Part shown: positions 34,170 to 50,346 of the stretch, piece by piece
How the letters are laid out: every line of letters begins with the position of its first letter
Position numbering within the stretch: the stretch's first letter is position 1
Assembly: GCF_009914755.1 (NCBI RefSeq)
Contig: NC_060926.1
Strand: one strand, 5' to 3'
Source of the DNA: the human T2T-CHM13v2.0 reference genome, Homo sapiens
Length of the DNA stretch: 64,000 nt
Translations under genes and position numbers: made by a program
The notes under the pieces: model-generated
The model's database searches: none
The model's input: the letters and a program-made list of their open reading frames with translations, nothing else
Told to the model about the DNA's origin: nothing

Positions 34170-35456
34170 AAAAAAACTTGTATTAGGTTCAGGGTACATG
34201 TGCCTGTTTGTTATATAGGTAAATTGTGTGTCACGGCAGTTTGGTGTACAGATTATTTCTCCACCTAGGTAAAAAGCATAGTACCCGATAGATGGTTTTT
34301 CAGTCCTCACTCTCCTCCCTTCCTCCACCCTCAAGTAGGCCCCAGAGTCTGCTGTTTCCTTTTTTGTGTCCATATGTACTCAATGTTTTGCTCCCACTTG
34401 TGAGAACATATGATAGTTGGCTTTCTGTTCCTATGTTGGTTAACTTAGGATAATGGCATCCAGCTCCACCCATGTTGCTGTAAAGAACATGATCTTGTTC
34501 TTTTTTATGGTTGCATAGTATTCCATGGTGTATATGTACCACATTTTCTTTATTCAGTCTACTGTTGATGGGCATTTAGGGAAGATTCCATGTCTTTGCT
34601 ATTGTGAACAGTGCTGCAATAAACATGGGAGTGCGTTTTTTTTTTACAGTAGAATGATTTATATTCCTTTGGATATATACTCAATAATGAGATTGCTAAG
34701 TCAAATCATAATTATGCTTTGTGTTCTTTGAGAAATCACCAAACTGCTTTCTATAATGGCTGAAGTAATTTACATTCCCACCAGCAGTGTATGTGTTGCT
34801 TTTCTCTGCAACCTTGCCAGCATCTGTTGTTTTTTGACTTTTTAATAATATTCATTCTGACTGGTGTTAGATGGTATCTAAATGTGGTTTTGATTTGCAT
34901 TTCTGTAATGACGAGTGATGTTAAGCATTTTTTATATGCTTGTTGGCCGCATGTCTATCTTCTTTTGAGAAGTGTCTGTTTATGTCCTTTGCCTTTTTAA
35001 TGAGGTTTTTTGCTTATTGATTTTTAAAATTCCTTATAGATTCTGGATATTAGACCTTTCTTGGATTCATAGTTTGAAAATATTTTCTCCCATTCTGTAG
35101 ATTGTCTGCTTACTCTGTTGATAGTTTATTTTGTGGTGCGGAAACTCTTTAATTAGGTCCCATTTGTCAATTTTTGTTTTTGTTGCAATTGCTTTTGGCA
35201 TCCTCATGATGAAATCTTTGTCAGGTCCTATGTCCAGAATGGTATTTCCCAGGTTACCTTCTAAGGTTTTTAGTTTTAGGTTTTACATTTAAGTCTTTAA
35301 TCCATTTTGAGTTGAGTTTTGTATATGGTATAGGAAGGGGGTCCTGTTTCATCTGTATATGGCTAGCTAGTTATCCAAGCACCATTTATTGAATAGGGAG
35401 TCTTTTGCCCATTGCTTGTTTTTATCAACTTTGTTGAAGACCAGATGGTTGTAGGT
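34170..35456 (-). mobile_element. 5'-truncated older L1PA (PA13-16-like)
   Basis: 3' UTR ttggtgtacagattattt...ccaccctcaagtaggcccc plus ORF2 C-terminal remnant. Confidence 0.8.
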
Positions 35457-35920
35457 CATTCTTAAACTGCTGGATTAAATAAGAGCACATCAACTGAGTA
35501 TCCAAAGTTATTTTTTATATCTCTTATACAGAATTCGATTGGTCCACCTTTCATCATATCACTAGAGAAATCAGATCCAAGTTACCATATGTGTTCAGTC
35601 AAAGGTTATTATACAGCAGTCAAAATGAATGAATTACATGCAACATGTATTAAGAACATATGAATGCAGTTACATGCAACAACATGGATTAATATAGCAA
35701 CAAAATGTTGAATAAAAAGGCAAGTTGAAGACTACATGTAGTATTATATCCTTTTTAGAATATTTAAATGCAAGCAAAATTAAACAATGTTACTTAGACA
35801 TACTTTGTATGTGATCACACAAATGTGCAAGAACAAAATTCAGGACAATGACTACCTCAGGGAGGACAGTACGAGAAGAAAAGGAGCACACAGATCTAAA
35901 TCACTGGTAATTTTCTAGTT

Positions 35921-36097
35921 CAGTGTTTCTCAAACTTTAATGTGCATCAGAATCACCTTAAAATCTAAATTACTGGGCCCTACCCTCAGAGTTTTCTGGT
36001 TCAGTAGGTGGGGGATGGGGCCTAAGAATATACATATCGAACGAAGTTCCAGGTGCTGCCAGTTCTGCTGCTCTGGGGACCACACTCTGAAACCACT
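35921..36097. mobile_element. MER5A-like hAT element
   Basis: cagtgtttctcaaactt...catcagaatcacc...ggggaccacactctgaaaccac; TSD-like ttctagtt/ttgtagtt. Confidence 0.75.
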
Positions 36098-36824
36098 TGT
36101 AGTTCTTAGATTGGGTTGTAGGTTCATAGCTGCTCCATTTTATTATTAAATGTATATGCTACTTAAATTAAATTAAAAAAAAAAGATCAAAGATGAGAGT
36201 GTGTTATGAACTAGGGATTAACATTAATTCAATTCTGGGCTCCTGAGGTTTCCTCCCCTAAAAAAAATTCTAAGGTTCCATTACTAAAAGCAAACTTGAG
36301 AAACACTATTTTAAAAGAACTTCAAGACCATTAAAAAAATTAACTTTTTGAGAAATAAATTTGAAAATTATTCTTTATATGCACAGTGACAGCATATTGC
36401 ACTCTACTTTCCTGGATCTCAATAAACTTTGGCAAGAACTTGGCAGATCACAAATCTACTTTTGTTGATTCAACAAAAACTGTTTAAAGACTTCTCTTCC
36501 ATTCTCAGTTCTTATCCTTCTCTCAAAATGCTGTAGGTAATGATTTTTCATCTTTTTTCTCTCTCCCTCCCTTACAGATTGATTTAGGCTCTGAGATAAA
36601 ATTTAGGTGACATTTTAGATATCGACAGGGCATGTGCAGAGCAATACTCTGTCTTGCAGTATGCCAGCCACGGACGGGGTTTAGACAAACGGCTGAATAT
36701 AAAACTCTTGCCTACAAGCAGCTCAGCCTAGAGGGGGAAACAGATTCATAAATATAAAATTACAATCCAAAGCAGGAAACACAGTATGTTATACGAAGGC
36801 AAAGAGGTTCGTCTTCTTTCATAG

Positions 36825-38867
<2,043 letters not shown>

Positions 38868-40075
38868 AAACTCAGTTCTTACCGGCTTGTGGTAAAAAAG
38901 CAAATGTGTTATCTTTTTATTTTTTATTTTCAGGAAAGTTATACTAGTATTTTCTTAAGTGTGGAATCAAATGAGCACATAAGCTGTGTCCCTGTGAAAA
39001 GAGGTTTGTAGCCTTTCAGGTGCCTGCTCCTATTCTTCATTTCTCTGTGACCATTGATCACTGTCCTTTGTGCATTGTGTGTCTAAGATGTCTTCAGGGG
39101 AAAGATGGGTAAGAGACAGTGTTGCTAATGCTGTTCCTTCTTTGTGCCTCCTTCCAAACCACAGTTATTTGCCCAAACTACCTCTCGTGGCTGGTTTTTC
39201 ATTGGCCTGGCCTCTGCTTCTCAGGCTAATTAGTGACTCCTTTCTTTGAGGGTCAGGGTTGGAGGCCCCTTACTGGTGGTTTTACAGGGGGATCCTACTT
39301 TGTTACACATGTTGGGTTTCCTGATAAAAAGAGAGTATTTTATTAAACCCTTGAACCAGTGTCCTAGACCAGATGATTTTTGCCCATGTGTATCCCCATT
39401 TAAATTCCTACAACTAAGTTTCCCTGCTTTGTTAATAGTCCAACAGTTGGGTTGTGTAACATCACACTTCAACCGGTAGATGGCTCTAATCTCACACATT
39501 TACTTACTAAAGATTGAGGATTCGGAATATTTAGAATAAATTAGTTTTCTGCTTTCTAATTTTGCAGATCTTTACATTTTTATTGCTTTTCTTAAAATAA
39601 GGGATAGCTTTGCAACCACTATTGTTTTAATGGAAAGCAAAAAACCCCCCCAAACTTATCAGAATCCTCGTTCTTTTTCAGACTACTGAAAAATGACATT
39701 TACTCTGTTAAATGTTTAATAAGTGAATAAGTAAATGTATCAAGTTGTTTATATAATAAATTATAAAACTCTTGAGGCACTTGGTATGTTAAAAATTTTA
39801 AACTTTAGTAACATTAGGTTACAGGTATGATTTAAAAATTTGTAAATAGTTCAAAAGGGCAATGTTTTCTTTATATTTCTTATAGTCTTAATTTTGTTAT
39901 CCATGTGCATAATTTACCTCATGATTTCTTTTGGTCAATCAGGATCTTTAATACAATATAGAAATTGTGTAATAGTTATTATAAATGTTAATACACAACT
40001 TTCAGGTAATTTTAACTGATTATTTCTTTTGCTCTTTTAACTTAAGTTATTAAAGTTTAAAAGTTCGTAAGTACC
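38868..40075 (+). other. MARS2: MARS2 3' UTR with candidate poly(A) signals
   Basis: AATAAA at 39535 and 39755, ATTAAA at 40049; 3' end inferred. Confidence 0.65.
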
Positions 40076-40995
40076 TTATTCAGATCTGTTCTGTTGCATT
40101 CGTTGAAGGTGATGGTGAAAGGAGGAACTGACCAATGCTTCAGGAATCTCAGACTGGATTTAGGAATCTCTCTAAGGCTCCATAAGAGAACATCACAGAG
40201 AAGATGTTAGCAATTTATACAGTGATTACAACATAGTAAGCCAGTTATGTCTCATAGGTGATTAGACAGCTGGGCCAAAGTTCAAAATGAGAACTTGCCT
40301 TGGAATATACATTCTAAGTATGGTAGCAAGTAGAGAGGGCCCACAATGAATTAAACTATTGTACTGGTAGTTCCCCTGGATTTATTCTAGGTGCCACCAT
40401 TCAGTTCCAGTTTCTGTTTATTAATCAGCGAAATGAGGAATTTTTGGTTGCTGGAATATTGCTTAGAAGAGAATGCTTGAAGGTATTCTAAAGGTGGAAG
40501 GACTGTTGCCACAAATGTCCCTTCAGACCCTTCTTATTCATAAGTCTGGGCTTTCCACATGACATGTTCAAGTTAACTGCTGGGGTTATTAGCACAGACT
40601 ACTGGGGCATAGGATGTAGGAGTGTAATATCTCCTACAGGTGGATAGAGCAGAGAGTGGAAAAAGATAATATGTATTTACGTGGATGAAGGAAAACATAT
40701 TTGAAAACCAGTGAGATGATGACCTCTGCCTCTGAAGTGCTCTTATAGCAGTGTTACAGTTCCTACCATGGATGGAGACAGTGTCTTCTACTTGAATGAT
40801 CTTTCCTATAGCCTTGTGCTGGTCAATACAATCGACCTTTGCTTGCTGGAGGGTGTCAATGGAGTTCTTTTAGTGCAGTCTGTCATTTGTGCAGGCACTT
40901 AGCTGGCTACCTGGATATTTGTGATACTGGAGGACACAAGAACATAGGGGAACCAGATAGGACAGGGCGTAATTATTAGAAAGACAGGATATTTT

Positions 40996-41002
40996 ATTTT
41001 GT

Positions 41003-41037
<35 letters not shown>

Positions 41038-41413
41038 TTTTTGTGTGAGCAATAAAGCTTTTTAATCACCTGGGTGCAGGCGGGCTGAGTCGGAAAAGAG
41101 AGTCAGCGAAGGGAGATGGGGTGGGGCCGTTTTATAGGATTTGGGTAGGTAAAGGAAAATTACAGTCAAAGGGGGTTCTCTGGCGGGCAGGGGTGGGGGT
41201 CACAAGGTGCTCAGTGGGGGAGCTTTTGAACCAGGATGAGCCAGGAAAAGGAATTTCACAAGGTAATATCATCAGTTAAGGCAGGAACAGCCCATTTTCA
41301 CTTCTTTTGTGGTGGAATGTCATCAGTTAAGGCAGGAACCGACCATCTGGATGTGTACGTGCAGGTCACAGGGGATATGATGGCTTAGCTTTGGTGCAGA
41401 GGCCTGACTTTCC
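40996..41413 (-). mobile_element. HERV-H LTR7 U3-R retrocopy with poly(A)-derived tail
   Basis: gtcaggcctctg...ctaagccatcatatcccc, TATA (ctataaaa), ends tttattgctcacacaaa then (AAAT)n; no U5; TSD aaagacagg(a/g)tatttt at 40980-40995 and 41414-41429. Confidence 0.88.
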
Positions 41414-42449
41414 AAAGACAGGGTATTTTAAATGGAGGAATGTGTGGTAAGTTGGATCTGACTTCTGCGGTGATCCTAAAGATGAACCAGTTGGATTCTC
41501 TATAGGAGGCACAATAGATACAGCAAATATTCTTTGAATAATTAGTGATGTGTTTGAGTTGGTCCAGAAGTTTAAGAATAGCAAATGGAGAATACGTGAA
41601 AACTGAAGGGGATGTACTTCCAAGAGGGGGCATCCTAACCACTTCTGGTAGAAAATGATACACTTGTAGAATTCCCTACTCTAGCACTGTTAATACTTTT
41701 ATCTGGCATTTTCTGGATTCCTTCGCCAGAAAGTAACTGTCTTCCAAATACTATCCTTGAAGTCCTCAAATATTCATTTTGGTGTGTTCCTGGAAGCAGC
41801 GTTGCAGGAGGTGAAAGACCACTGCCTAGATCAGGTATTCATGGATGTCACATTAGGAGAGTAATAAAAAGACGTCAACTCACTCAGCAGACTATAATCC
41901 TCTCTGTGAAGTCATGTGAGAAGTGGGCAATGCACATTTTAAGTTGCCCCATTATATACTGGAGGGCTGTTTCACAAGTGAACTCATAGATTAGACAGAA
42001 GACCTATGGCTATAAGAAGGAGCATAAGAAATAGATATAATCTCTGATTTTATTGAAACCTCAGTTTATTCTGCATGTAGACCTCATTATTTCTCTTAAG
42101 AATCTGTGGACTTTGTAGGGTCTATGAAGAGCCCAATAAATTGAATATGAAGTTGATGTCAGAGTACTTAAGAAGGGCCTAGGCTGGAACATGGGCCCTG
42201 GGACACTGGTCTTCCCCCTTCCCCCCACCCCCCAAGGTGGTTGTACCTGTGATTGGGACTTAGGTTAGCTCTTTAGCTCTGGGAAATGTCAAAACTGAAG
42301 TGAAACCAGTAGTTGGTCAGGTTGTGAGCCCTCAATGAGGATGACATCATCATGAAGTGAGACCTGGAGTGCTGGTGGGTCCTTGCCTTGTCTTTTGTCA
42401 GAAAGTGAATATCAATGGACCTAAAAGGGTGTAGACATATTGACAGATT

Positions 42450-42592
42450 ATTATTATTATTATACATATTATTATATGTATAATAATAATATGTATTATA
42501 TGATACATATATAATATAATATGTATCATATAATACATATAATATAATATGTATTATATGTATAATAATATGTGTAATATTATACATATTAT
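42450..42592. repeat. TA-rich low-complexity tract flanked by a 20-bp direct repeat
   Basis: tgtagacatattga(c/t)agatt at 42430-42449 and 42601-42620. Confidence 0.85.
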
Positions 42593-43859
42593 TGTCAATA
42601 TGTAGACATATTGATAGATTCTAGAAGAAAGCCCTTGAGTCTCTTGGAAAACTAAGATAGTATAATATATGTTATTTCAGCACAACAAAACTCACCCTGC
42701 CCCTTCCTCTTGCAGGAAGTTTGGAGAGGATTAGTTAACTCTTATCAAGAGGAACACACCAAATTTGGAGGTTAACAACAGTTAACAACCAAGTTAATTA
42801 AGGTTAATGGGAATTTTAACCTTTTAGGAAGAGTATCTTATTCTTTCTGGAGACAGGACAGGAGAAGCCCTGGTTAAACTTCCTTCCTATGTCACCAATA
42901 ACTACTTTGAGCAGAGGGGAAGGGACTAACCAATTTAGAGGTGAAATTAGCTGCTTCTCTTTAGTAGGTAGTCTTGGGTTACCCAGAATAGATCCTCTGA
43001 ATTAAAGGAACTACCTAGCAGGAAACAGTTGGCCATATTTAAATAGTTTGTTTAGGATTGTATCACATTAGTTTCCACTTTTCACGATGAGGGAAGGGAA
43101 CTAGAAGGAACTACACACCAACAGGATCTTCCTATGGCCCCGACAACTAGAAATAATATATCCTCTACCATGCCTCTTCTGATGAGTACCACTTGGGAGG
43201 TTCAGCCATACTTGGATGTTCACCAAGGTAAGCAAGGCATAGTACATATGTTTCATCCTTGGCCTTGAGCTGAATTGTACCCCCTTAGCTAATGGCACAG
43301 TTTACTCACCATGGATTTTAAAGTCCACTGCTCCTCACTTAAGAACAGGATGGTGTGAGATGTCAAGATGTTTCAGGAAACCAAGTGTGCCATCTGCAAG
43401 AAGAAAATTATAGCTCCAAGGAGGGATGAGCCCTGCCCTTGAGTCACTTCTGGATGAAACATCTGCAGAGGGCCTGACTCACTGGGTAAGCTGAAGGGAC
43501 AGACCCAGGAATAACTATGGAAATGGAGGATGCCTTTCTTAGATTATGATGTGGGAGAAATGGTACTAACACCTCTGTGCTACTGCTATTAAGGCCATGC
43601 CTTGTACATGTACCCCTCATTAGTTGAGAATCAATTGTTTATGGGATTTAACATGATGATGAAGCTTCAAAAACTAGATAATGATTGTTATAGGTTGGTA
43701 TCATCATATTATTCTTTTAATACATTCCATAAAAATATGACCAATTACACATTTTTTCCTGATTGTATATTTTTGGAACACATTAAATAAAATAGCTTCA
43801 GTAGTTTGGCTTCCTTTGAAACCAGTCTAGAAGCTTCTATTGGTTAAAAAGCTATAGAT

Positions 43860-44445
43860 ATTAAAAATATAAAGTTAATAAACATGGTATACGTCTTAGA
43901 TTAATCACAAAATAATACAAATGGAATGTATTTCTTTCAAGCCAGATGAAAAGAGAAGTGAAAGAAAACAATCCAACAGAAGCCAGGAAGGAACAATGCA
44001 ATAGAAGACAGGTAGGAGAAAAAAGAGGCAAAGAAAAAGGAAAAATATTGTAAATAGAAAGCCCAAAATAAAATGGCAGAAATAAATACAAATATGTCAG
44101 TAATTGTAATAAAATAAAACTTCATGAGTCTTCTGTCAAAAGACAAAACTATTCAAAATTAAATTTAAAAAGCAATATATGTAGTTAAAAGGGATATACT
44201 TAAACATAGAAGAAACTAAGACATACGAAGAAACACTAGGCATATATTAACCAAAAGAAAGCTGGTGTAGCAATATTAATATTACATAATCTATACTAGG
44301 GGGAAACCATTACTAAAAAGGTGGAATTTAATATAAAAGGAGTAATGCACCAAGTTACAATTATAACCTTGTATGACCTAACCACATAGCCTCAAAATGT
44401 AAAAAGCTAAGATTGAAAATTACAAGAAATGTTCAAGTCTATAAA
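43860..44445 (+). mobile_element. Old L1M fragment (endonuclease-region remnant)
   Basis: aaatggcagaaataaat...aaccaaaagaaagctggtgtagcaatattaat. Confidence 0.6.
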
Positions 44446-44855
44446 AAAAAAAAAAAGGCCCACAGGGTAAAAGTATAACAACTCATACTAGACATTAGCA
44501 TTTCAGTCTTTAATGCTTACTACTAAGTGTATCATCACTGCTAAATGTAGGGAAAAAAAATTATGGCAGTCAAGGTTTCGTGACTCTAAAACTTTTGTCT
44601 TTTTCCATCTATACCTCTGTGAAAATAACAGCTTGCTTTTTGAATATAACTGTCAGCCAAATATATCTATTCAGTAAGTCCTCTCTGGGTTACTAAAAGC
44701 GGGGAATCACATGGCCATAATTTTGCCAAATTTTCTGTTAGTTCAGTAATAAGTTGAGGGGAGAGAACCAACAGTTCTGTTTTCCTTATTTGTGTTCTCT
44801 CATTTATTTTTCCCTTGAGGTATTCAGCACCTTAAGGTACTCTTCTTGTGTTTAA

Positions 44856-44983
44856 CCCATTTATGCCTGAGGTTGCAATTTTTTGAATTTTTGCAATCAG
44901 ACCTTGGCGAAGACCTTGAGCAGGATATAAAATAACCCCCACATGCTTGGCGTTCCAATAATGGAACTCTAGGTATAAATGGG
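44856..44983 (-). mobile_element. MER85 (piggyBac/PGBD3-derived MITE)
   Basis: TIRs cccatttatgcct / aggtataaatggg; TTAA (44852) and CTAA (44984) flanks; internal palindrome gttccaataatggaac (44952-44967). Confidence 0.9.
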
Positions 44984-46408
44984 CTAATGAGAAACGGAGG
45001 TACAGAGATTAAGCAACTTGGCTAGCGTTATACAGCTTGTAAAACAGGAGAGCCTGGGACTCAATCCTGTGTTAATGCCAAAGCCTTAGCACCACCTTTA
45101 GTACCAACACCACAATCAGTCAATATGTATATACTGAGGGCATTGTTTTAAGTATTGTGGGGAAGAGGAAGTAGTATAATGAGATTTAAAGATCTGAAGA
45201 TGAAAAGTCCAAATAAGAACCTTGAACTGAAATAGATCAGTTAGTGTTTCAAGATGAGGAATCTGTTTGTTGATAGCCAGATTATGAAACTGATGAGTGC
45301 CAAAATAGAAATTCAGAAAAATATACTTACCTTTATCATGAAATATGGTATATTTCACTTTTGCTTTTAGTATTTTCTTTTATATCCTAAATCTGCTTAT
45401 GTGTGCTGTGCAAATTGTTAAAATTTTAAATAACTGTATAGTCCCTATTTTTGTTTGTCCTTGTTTTCTTATTTTGTTTCTTAATTTTAGAATGATGTTC
45501 CAATTTCTAGAATCTAGCAGTTCTCTAAGTGAAAGTATATAGTCATAAATTCATGAATCTAAGTATTTTTTAATGATATTTTACTAATTATTTAAATATA
45601 CATTTATCTCTGAACATGAAAACATCAACATTCAAAAGTTTTATTTGAATTAACTATTATAGTGACAAAGCCAGATAATTTTATTAGAGGCCACAAACAC
45701 TGAAACTTTTTCATACATACAGTTTTAATGCAAATGAACTTATTAATATGACATCCATTTATTAACAATTTAAGTTCTATGAATTTATCGAACATTTATT
45801 ACTGTATTCTTATATCTTTCCTAACAAGCCTGCAGAAACCAGATTAAATATCCTTGACAGTGGTTATTACCAAAGCAAATACCACCCTGTTAGCTAAAAT
45901 GCCACAGATTGGATAATTCCTGGTAAATTAAACACCTCATATCACAGTTGAGATAAGCTCTTATACCCCCAAACTAAGAGACTTTACTATGAATTGCATA
46001 ATGAATACACAATGCTGTATTTTACATTTTTTCTGAAGTGTAGCTATTTTGTTGGACATGATGTGTCTTTGAAGAAATGTGTTGAATCTTATTTTTATAT
46101 AGGTCTCTTAGCTATCATCGAAAATGTATTTAAAAAATATCAAAAGGCATTAAAGTTCTTGCTAACTTGGAAGGCCAGGAAGACCTATATTTTTATTCCA
46201 TGTTTAAATAATTTTTTTCAGGATTCTGTCTAAATGCAAGCAGTATAGTCCCACAGCAAAGCATGATGGGTGCTTTTTCAGTTTTTTTTTTTGGTATGGC
46301 AGGTTACGACTTTTTGACAGAATCAGATTGATAGATCATACAAAATGTCCTGGGTAGCATATTTTAGATTACCTTTAAAACTCACTTAAGGAATTTATAA
46401 AGGCTTTC

Positions 46409-46698
46409 TCTTTTTTTTTTTTTGAGGTGAAGTCTCACTCTGCTGCCTAGGCTGGAGTGCAGTGGCGTGATCTCGGCTCACTGCAACCTCTGTCCCCGAG
46501 TTCAAGCAATTCTCCTGCCTCAGCCTCCTGAGTAGCTGGGATTATAGCCACCTGCCACCGTGCCTGGCTAATTTTTGTATTTTTAGTAGAGACGGGGTTT
46601 CACCATCTTGGCCAGGCTGGTCTTGAACTCCTGACCTCGTAAGGTAAGAAAGGCCTCCCAAAGTGCTGGGATTACAGGTGTGAGCCACCGCTCCCGGC
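46409..46698 (-). mobile_element. AluS with internal 11-nt replacement
   Basis: TSD ttataaaggctttc. Confidence 0.9.
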
Positions 46699-48748
46699 TT
46701 ATAAAGGCTTTCGTAAAGAGTCTTCAATTTTGGTAAATTGAAGTTACTGCATTAATTTTTTACATTTAAATTTCTATAAAATTTATTTTACAGAAACATC
46801 CTATATTTTATATAAAAAGCAAAACAGTACTGAGTTCTGTTTGATTTTATAAGTAATTACTGGAACATTATATCAAGTTAAAATGTGTGAGAAGCCTATT
46901 GATTTATAGAATAAAATTATAAGTACTAACATAAGCAAATTTTTGAAAATATATATGGTTAATTGCATGAACGCTGATGATTGCATTTTCGTGCCATTTT
47001 AAGAGTTGAAAAAAGTATTTTTTGGCTTGGCTATAAAGGAAATATTTTTAACATTCATTGTGATATTGTTTGACCTACTACAAACAATAATAATAGTCCT
47101 CAAAATAGTAAGTTTTTTCTTATTTAAATGTTATGTACATAAAAATCAGCCTCTAGAAGGTAGTTAATTCATAACAAATTTTAAATAAAACTTTTGGTTG
47201 TAACTGATGTCCTAAAATTAGTTTTTTAGCTTAAGGAGAATATGTAGCACTTCTTTCTTTTTCCATAATCCATGGAGATGATCTAAAAGTGGAGCTATCA
47301 GCACTGGGGCATAAAACCAATATAAATGTATAACTGTGTAGCTATTGTAAAAATTGAAATCAGTATGATATCAGTTAGAAAAACATAGGAAAAATAGTGA
47401 AATCTTATTGCTTAACACAGAGTAGAGAGAAGGGGACTACCCAAGTTAAACCAAGTTATCGAAACTCATCCTTGGTAAGTTGGTTGAGGCAGATGTTTAA
47501 ATATTCAGTATGTGAAGGTAGGTAGGTGAGTCTGAGCTCAAGAGTTTTAAACAAATTGTCTAAACAGCTAGGGCATAAGCATGAAAATCTATTTGGTAAA
47601 CGTAGGATTGTTGCTGCATTTATGTTCATTTTTCCTTAGACATAAGGAAATAGACAACATTAGGATATTAAATATGTTACTTTAATTGAAAGCTATTCTC
47701 ACAGACAGTTGGAAATAGCCTGAATAAAATAATGCTAACAGGTTAACTGAAGTCAGTATGTGGGTACCTATATAGGGCAGGAAAAATTTACACGTATTAG
47801 TATCTTTTAAAATACTATGCGTAATAGTTCAGATACTAATAAGGATTTTAGGAAATTTCTTTTATGTGTTGCTACAAATATATAAATGAATATTGTGTAG
47901 CTTTATTTTGGTATCAAAATTAGACATGTTAAAAGCAAAGATCCTGAGTGTGATTAGCAATTAATACACATTGTATTAAAATCATCTCAAATTGTTAATG
48001 AATACTTTAAAATTATCATCCTTTAGATGTTTTCTCCAAAACATCAAAGGAAAAAAAGGTATGCTTTTTAGGCAATACTTTTTATAGTAATGAAACGTTT
48101 ATATACTATCATTGTGTTGTTTCACAGCTGTATGAGGTTAAAGATGAAAGTTTAGTCTCGGTATCTTCATTCATTTTTATACCATGATTTATAAAAATGA
48201 TGTTGATAATTAAAAGTTAAAGCATTGATCTTTTGTAGTTATTAAAGGTATTTTTGCTATCATGGATATGTTATATTACAAAATAAGAGCCAAATATCAC
48301 AATTTAAGCAGAGTAAGTTTTTTGGGGGGAATACATTAATAAATTTTCCTACCATCTCTGTTCTTCTGTACTTTATAGTTTGGAGTGAGAAATAAAGTAA
48401 TATATAATATTTGTAGAACTGAACGAAAGTAATGTGGAAGCACATCAATACATTTTGGTAAAGAGCCAATTGCCTAAAATAAATTAGCTAAGAAAAACAC
48501 TTCGATATCAATCTTTCTTGAACTAATATACAATGACTCTCAGACTCTTAAAATTTACAGATGGTGTGGAACAAAAATGCCTTGTTGTACACTTGAATAA
48601 GCCTGAATAATAAATATAGGATTAACATGTATGCTGAAAACATCAGACAAGCTGAATATGAAATAGATTGTTTCACGATATTTTGACTAGGGCTCTAATA
48701 ACACTCTACTGGGGTTGTTCTACACAGCATGTTATTTTAAAAATAACT

Positions 48749-49436
<688 letters not shown>

Positions 49437-50035
49437 TGCAGGAAAAAAAATTAAATAGTTGGAGTGGCCTTAGGGTGTGCCAAAATATTCTTTAATATAA
49501 CTATGCCATTACATTTTATTCCTTAATCTAAATATTTGAGCTCAGAAACATTAGTACATTATCTTTTATGACAAGGTAAAATAAAATCACCTAAAGTTAT
49601 TATTGGGTTATCTTCCTAATATTATGAGAAGATTTTTTGTATATAATTCTTATTCTTGCCCAGCAGAAGTACAAATCAACTTTAGATCTTAGAATGGATG
49701 TGAAATTAAAATAGTAAAATCCTAGTATTTCCTCGTATTGTGCAATCGAATTTTATTAAAGGCCAGAATAAATTTTCATGTAGTCAATGTAAATATTGCT
49801 TATTTATGTAACTTTTTATTGTTTTATTAATCTATTCTTCTCTAAAAGGAGTATAATGTTTTTAGAGAAGAAAGTTGGGATATATATTAAACAGGCAATA
49901 TTTAAAGGAAAGTTACTGTGGCAATTATTTAATTTTAAAATGTTCTAGTTAGAGTGGCATTTGTTAATTGTAAAAAGCTTCTCTAATTCTGTAAAAGCAC
50001 GCAATCATAGCTTCTTTGTATTTAAAAGGTGAAAT

Positions 50036-50346
50036 ATGCGTGGTGGCTCAACGCCTGTAATCCCAGCATTTTGGGAGACCAGGTGGGCGGATCACGAGGT
50101 CAGGAGGTCGGGACCATCCTGGCTAACACGCTGAAACCCCGTCACTACTAAAAATACAAAAAATTAGCCGGGAGTAGTGGCGGGCGCCTGTAGTCCCAGC
50201 TACTCGGGAGGCTGAGGCAGGAGAAGGGCGTGAACGAACCTGGGAGGTGGAGCTTGCAGTGAGCCGAGATTGCGCCCTTGCACTCCGGCCTGGGCTACAG
50301 AGCCAGACTCCGTCTCAAAAAAAAAAAAACAAAAACAAAAACAAAA
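50036..50346 (+). mobile_element. AluY
   Basis: Y diagnostics, CpG-rich, A tail. Confidence 0.92.

Larger units (their letters stand above)
40100..43600 (-). mobile_element. Highly decayed endogenous retrovirus pol-like internal sequence
   Basis: Minus-strand remnants in retroviral order: (F)WCVPLDKS (~42750), QYVYTLL resembling QYVDDLL (~42422-42442), integrase-like PYE.ITG (~40250); motifs read by eye through frameshifts. Confidence 0.45.
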
